A DNA stretch of 62,152 bases from a virus (Duplodnaviria; Caudoviricetes), in the IMG/VR virus record IMGVR_UViG_3300033153_008214, positions 1 to 62,152 of that record; one strand, written 5' to 3'. Each line of letters opens with the position of its first letter. Positions within the stretch are counted from its first letter, which is position 1. Of this stretch, positions 59,876 to 62,152 are shown piece by piece. Under the pieces are notes generated by a model, which searched no databases, was not told where the DNA came from, and saw only the letters and a list, made by a program, of their open reading frames with translations. Both the position numbers and the translations under genes were made by a program.

Positions 59876-60808
59876 ATGGCTTTTATCGATCCGTCACCAG
59901 GATATAATAATGGAGGAGTTGCACTCCCTCCATCAGTTGTATATTCATCTGTAATTAATTCTACGAGTAACGTATCTCACATTATAGAGCGTCCATTATC
60001 AGCCGAATATACTAGGCAAATGATGAAGTGGAGAGTTCCAGGATATGGTTGGGTAACTATGTTTTTAAACCCTGACAATTTAAAAATTGTTGAAGGTAAA
60101 GATATTAAACCTACTCGTACTAAGGCTGGTTTCATTTTACAATATGCTGGGGAAAAGTTAACAAATATTACTCTTAGTGGGACTACTGGTTCTGCTGGAA
60201 TAGAAGGGATCAATATACTTCGGTCTATTTACAGAGCAGAGCAGTTAGCATTTGATAATATAGCTGATGAGTTAGAGCGTACTGGACCACTATCTGAATT
60301 CCTTCAGCTGGCTCGTGGTTCTACAGGAACTATTACAAACACTCCTGATTTTGGTTCAATTACTGAACGTACTGCAGACATAGCTTTAAATATCCTAAAT
60401 CAGCCATTCCCAACTCTATCAAGTCTAGCAGCGAATATTGAATTATACTTTCAGGGAGAACTATTTAGGGGCTACTTTACTGATTTCTCCGTAGAGGAGT
60501 CTGGTAAAGAACAGGGTCTTATTAATTATACGTTAAATTACACAGCATATGCTAGGCAGGGAGTCCGAAGGAACTTTATGCCTTGGCATCGACAACCTTT
60601 CAATCCTATTGGTGCATCGGCGGGAAAAGCTAATCCTCTTTCATATTATTCTGCTGCTGAAGTTGATAGCCAGGTGTCTACAGGTTCTATTGAGCGACGT
60701 GATGAGACTGTAGAACCTAATGCTGATGCTAGATTTGGTTCACGTAGTGTAAACAGTGCATCAGATAGAGATGGAAGTAGTTTAGCTGGATTAGATTTCA
60801 GGTTATAG
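59876..60808 (+). CDS. Baseplate tail-tube initiator-like protein
   Basis: MFLNPDNL.I...K.I...RTKAGF..QY.GE.L..I.LSGTTG...FRGYF.DFSV.ES......Y..NY. Confidence 0.65.
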   Translation: MAFIDPSPGYNNGGVALPPSVVYSSVINSTSNVSHIIERPLSAEYTRQMMKWRVPGYGWVTMFLNPDNLKIVEGKDIKPTRTKAGFILQYAGEKLTNITLSGTTGSAGIEGINILRSIYRAEQLAFDNIADELERTGPLSEFLQLARGSTGTITNTPDFGSITERTADIALNILNQPFPTLSSLAANIELYFQGELFRGYFTDFSVEESGKEQGLINYTLNYTAYARQGVRRNFMPWHRQPFNPIGASAGKANPLSYYSAAEVDSQVSTGSIERRDETVEPNADARFGSRSVNSASDRDGSSLAGLDFRL

Positions 60809-60820
60809 TAAGGAGTTAGT

Positions 60821-62152
60821 ATGGCAATATTAAGAGGAACGTCTCAATCAAGGTTTCCACCATTTGATGATCCGAATACTGGGGCTGGTATGCTTATTGA
60901 GCAGGGCCAGAAGACTGTATTAAATTTCCTAGATGGTATTAATGATGGTAAGTTTGAGAGCAAGTTTGTTGAAGATGGCGTACAGAATGTCCCAGGGTTT
61001 TCTACTATTGATCGCAGCTTTTCTCAGGTAAAGCAACCCTCCCGCAGGCAGATTATTACACAGAGGAATCAAGCAACAATTTTTCTTAAGAAGCGTATGT
61101 TCTCTACATTGAGATCAAATTATGATATCAAATTTCTTGGAAATGATGAGAAAACATTCCTAAGAGCTTCCAAATTATTATTTGAGCGTAAAGCTCAGGA
61201 ATTAAGCTTCTATGAAAGCCTGATAGCTGTAGATAATCTGTTTGATAGTAGCGGATTCATGAATATCGATAAAGTCGTAGATGGAACCGTAGCTAGTCTA
61301 TTGCAAATATTAACGGTTGCCTTTGACGGTTTCAGCATTACGGCGGGCAGGCAGTTCTCTGTTTCCGAAATTATAAACATGAGCACTTCTCTGTCACCAT
61401 ATGCAAAGGTCTTGAATGATCTTTTAAAGATTCAAGATGCTAATCTTCGTTCCAAGGGAAACAATCTGACGACTTGGATAGTTGATCCTAAGAACCCAGA
61501 TGTGTCTGGCATTGGTTCTGGTGTAGGCGTCCTAGAGCTTAATGTAGTAAGCAGTATTAATACAACTGTCTCAGTTAATCCTGGTAATTGAGGACCCTTA
61601 CAAGATATCAGTAATAACTGATAGTGATATTGAGATTGCTCTTGGTGAGGCTATTGCTCAGCATGATGTGGTAGGTGGTAGCATCAGAACTGTTGGTAAT
61701 TACTTGATGAAGCAAGCTGAAGCTTTAGACATCCAGTTGAATAATCTGAGAGCTGATAGAGGAGTTAGTCAGATTAACTTCGAGTATTCTCTTGGTGATG
61801 GGAAGGTGCTTGGAACAGTAATTATTACTAGTGAGTCTTTTGAGATTTATTCAATTGGAGCTATTTCTTCTGCTCAGGCGTTTAATGATTATGAACTAGC
61901 ATTAGCTAAAGAGATTATGGCACTTATGGCCGCCTTTCATCTTGCAGATCAAAGTAATCTTGATTTGTTCAAAATTATGAATGAAGATTATAACGAGGTA
62001 AGACAAAAGCTTCGAAATGAATTTGTTGGACATTCTATAGTACAGCAAATGGATATGATTCATGTTTTCATGAATAGTAATACTCGCAATGATACTCCTG
62101 GCAGTGAGCAGAATTTTACTGAAGGCACTATGCTCGGCAATCTTAATCTTCA
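60821..62152 (+). CDS. Putative baseplate hub protein, frameshifted at ~61587 and running off the window end
   Basis: The first frame ends at TGA 61589-61591. The +1 frame is open from 61551 to the window end (IEDPYKISVITDSDIEIAL...IVQQMDMIHVFMNS) and has no start or RBS of its own at the junction. Confidence 0.55.

Noticed and set aside
385-60213. Many minus-strand and nested short ORFs in the ORF track
   Set aside because: All lie antisense to or within long plus-strand genes and show no recognisable motifs. They are shadows of Gly/Thr/Ser-rich codon usage.
1-62152. Alternative genetic code or stop-codon reassignment
   Set aside because: Long ORFs tile the window in the standard code, and TAA, TAG and TGA all end genes just before the next RBS. 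Reading through TGA 61589 hits another stop nine codons later.
52585-62152. Extracellular contractile injection system or tailocin rather than phage
   Set aside because: Neck-like and decoration-like genes, free-standing homing endonucleases and the large fibre repertoire fit a large phage. No eCIS-type AAA ATPase is seen. Capsid and terminase genes are not in the window, so this is not formally excluded.
1-62152. CRISPR array, tRNA or rRNA genes
   Set aside because: Intergenic gaps are mostly under 150 nt. I saw no repeat-spacer periodicity or tRNA cloverleaf/T-loop signature.

Overview
The window is a 62 kb, entirely plus-strand, densely coded late/virion gene region of a large contractile-tailed (myovirus-like, probably jumbo) bacteriophage. 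It holds, in order: a partial patatin-like phospholipase, an HNH protein, about a dozen large fibre/spike/decoration proteins built from shared duplicated modules, neck/head-completion proteins, lysis-like membrane proteins, and the tail module (terminator, sheath, tube, chaperone, tape measure, tube initiator, baseplate hub). Three free-standing homing endonucleases are inserted. The most striking unexplained signal is the tripeptide Asp-Gly-Tyr (DGY). By hand count it occurs about 63 times in 17 ORFs, roughly one third of all DG dipeptides, and it is encoded by varied synonymous codons. It is confined to predicted surface-exposed virion proteins and the small genes next to them, and is absent from the nucleases, enzymes, lysis proteins and inner-tail proteins. 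This pattern suggests a virion-wide sequon for a post-translational modification or a docking site. All product calls come from motif recognition and synteny, not from database searches.
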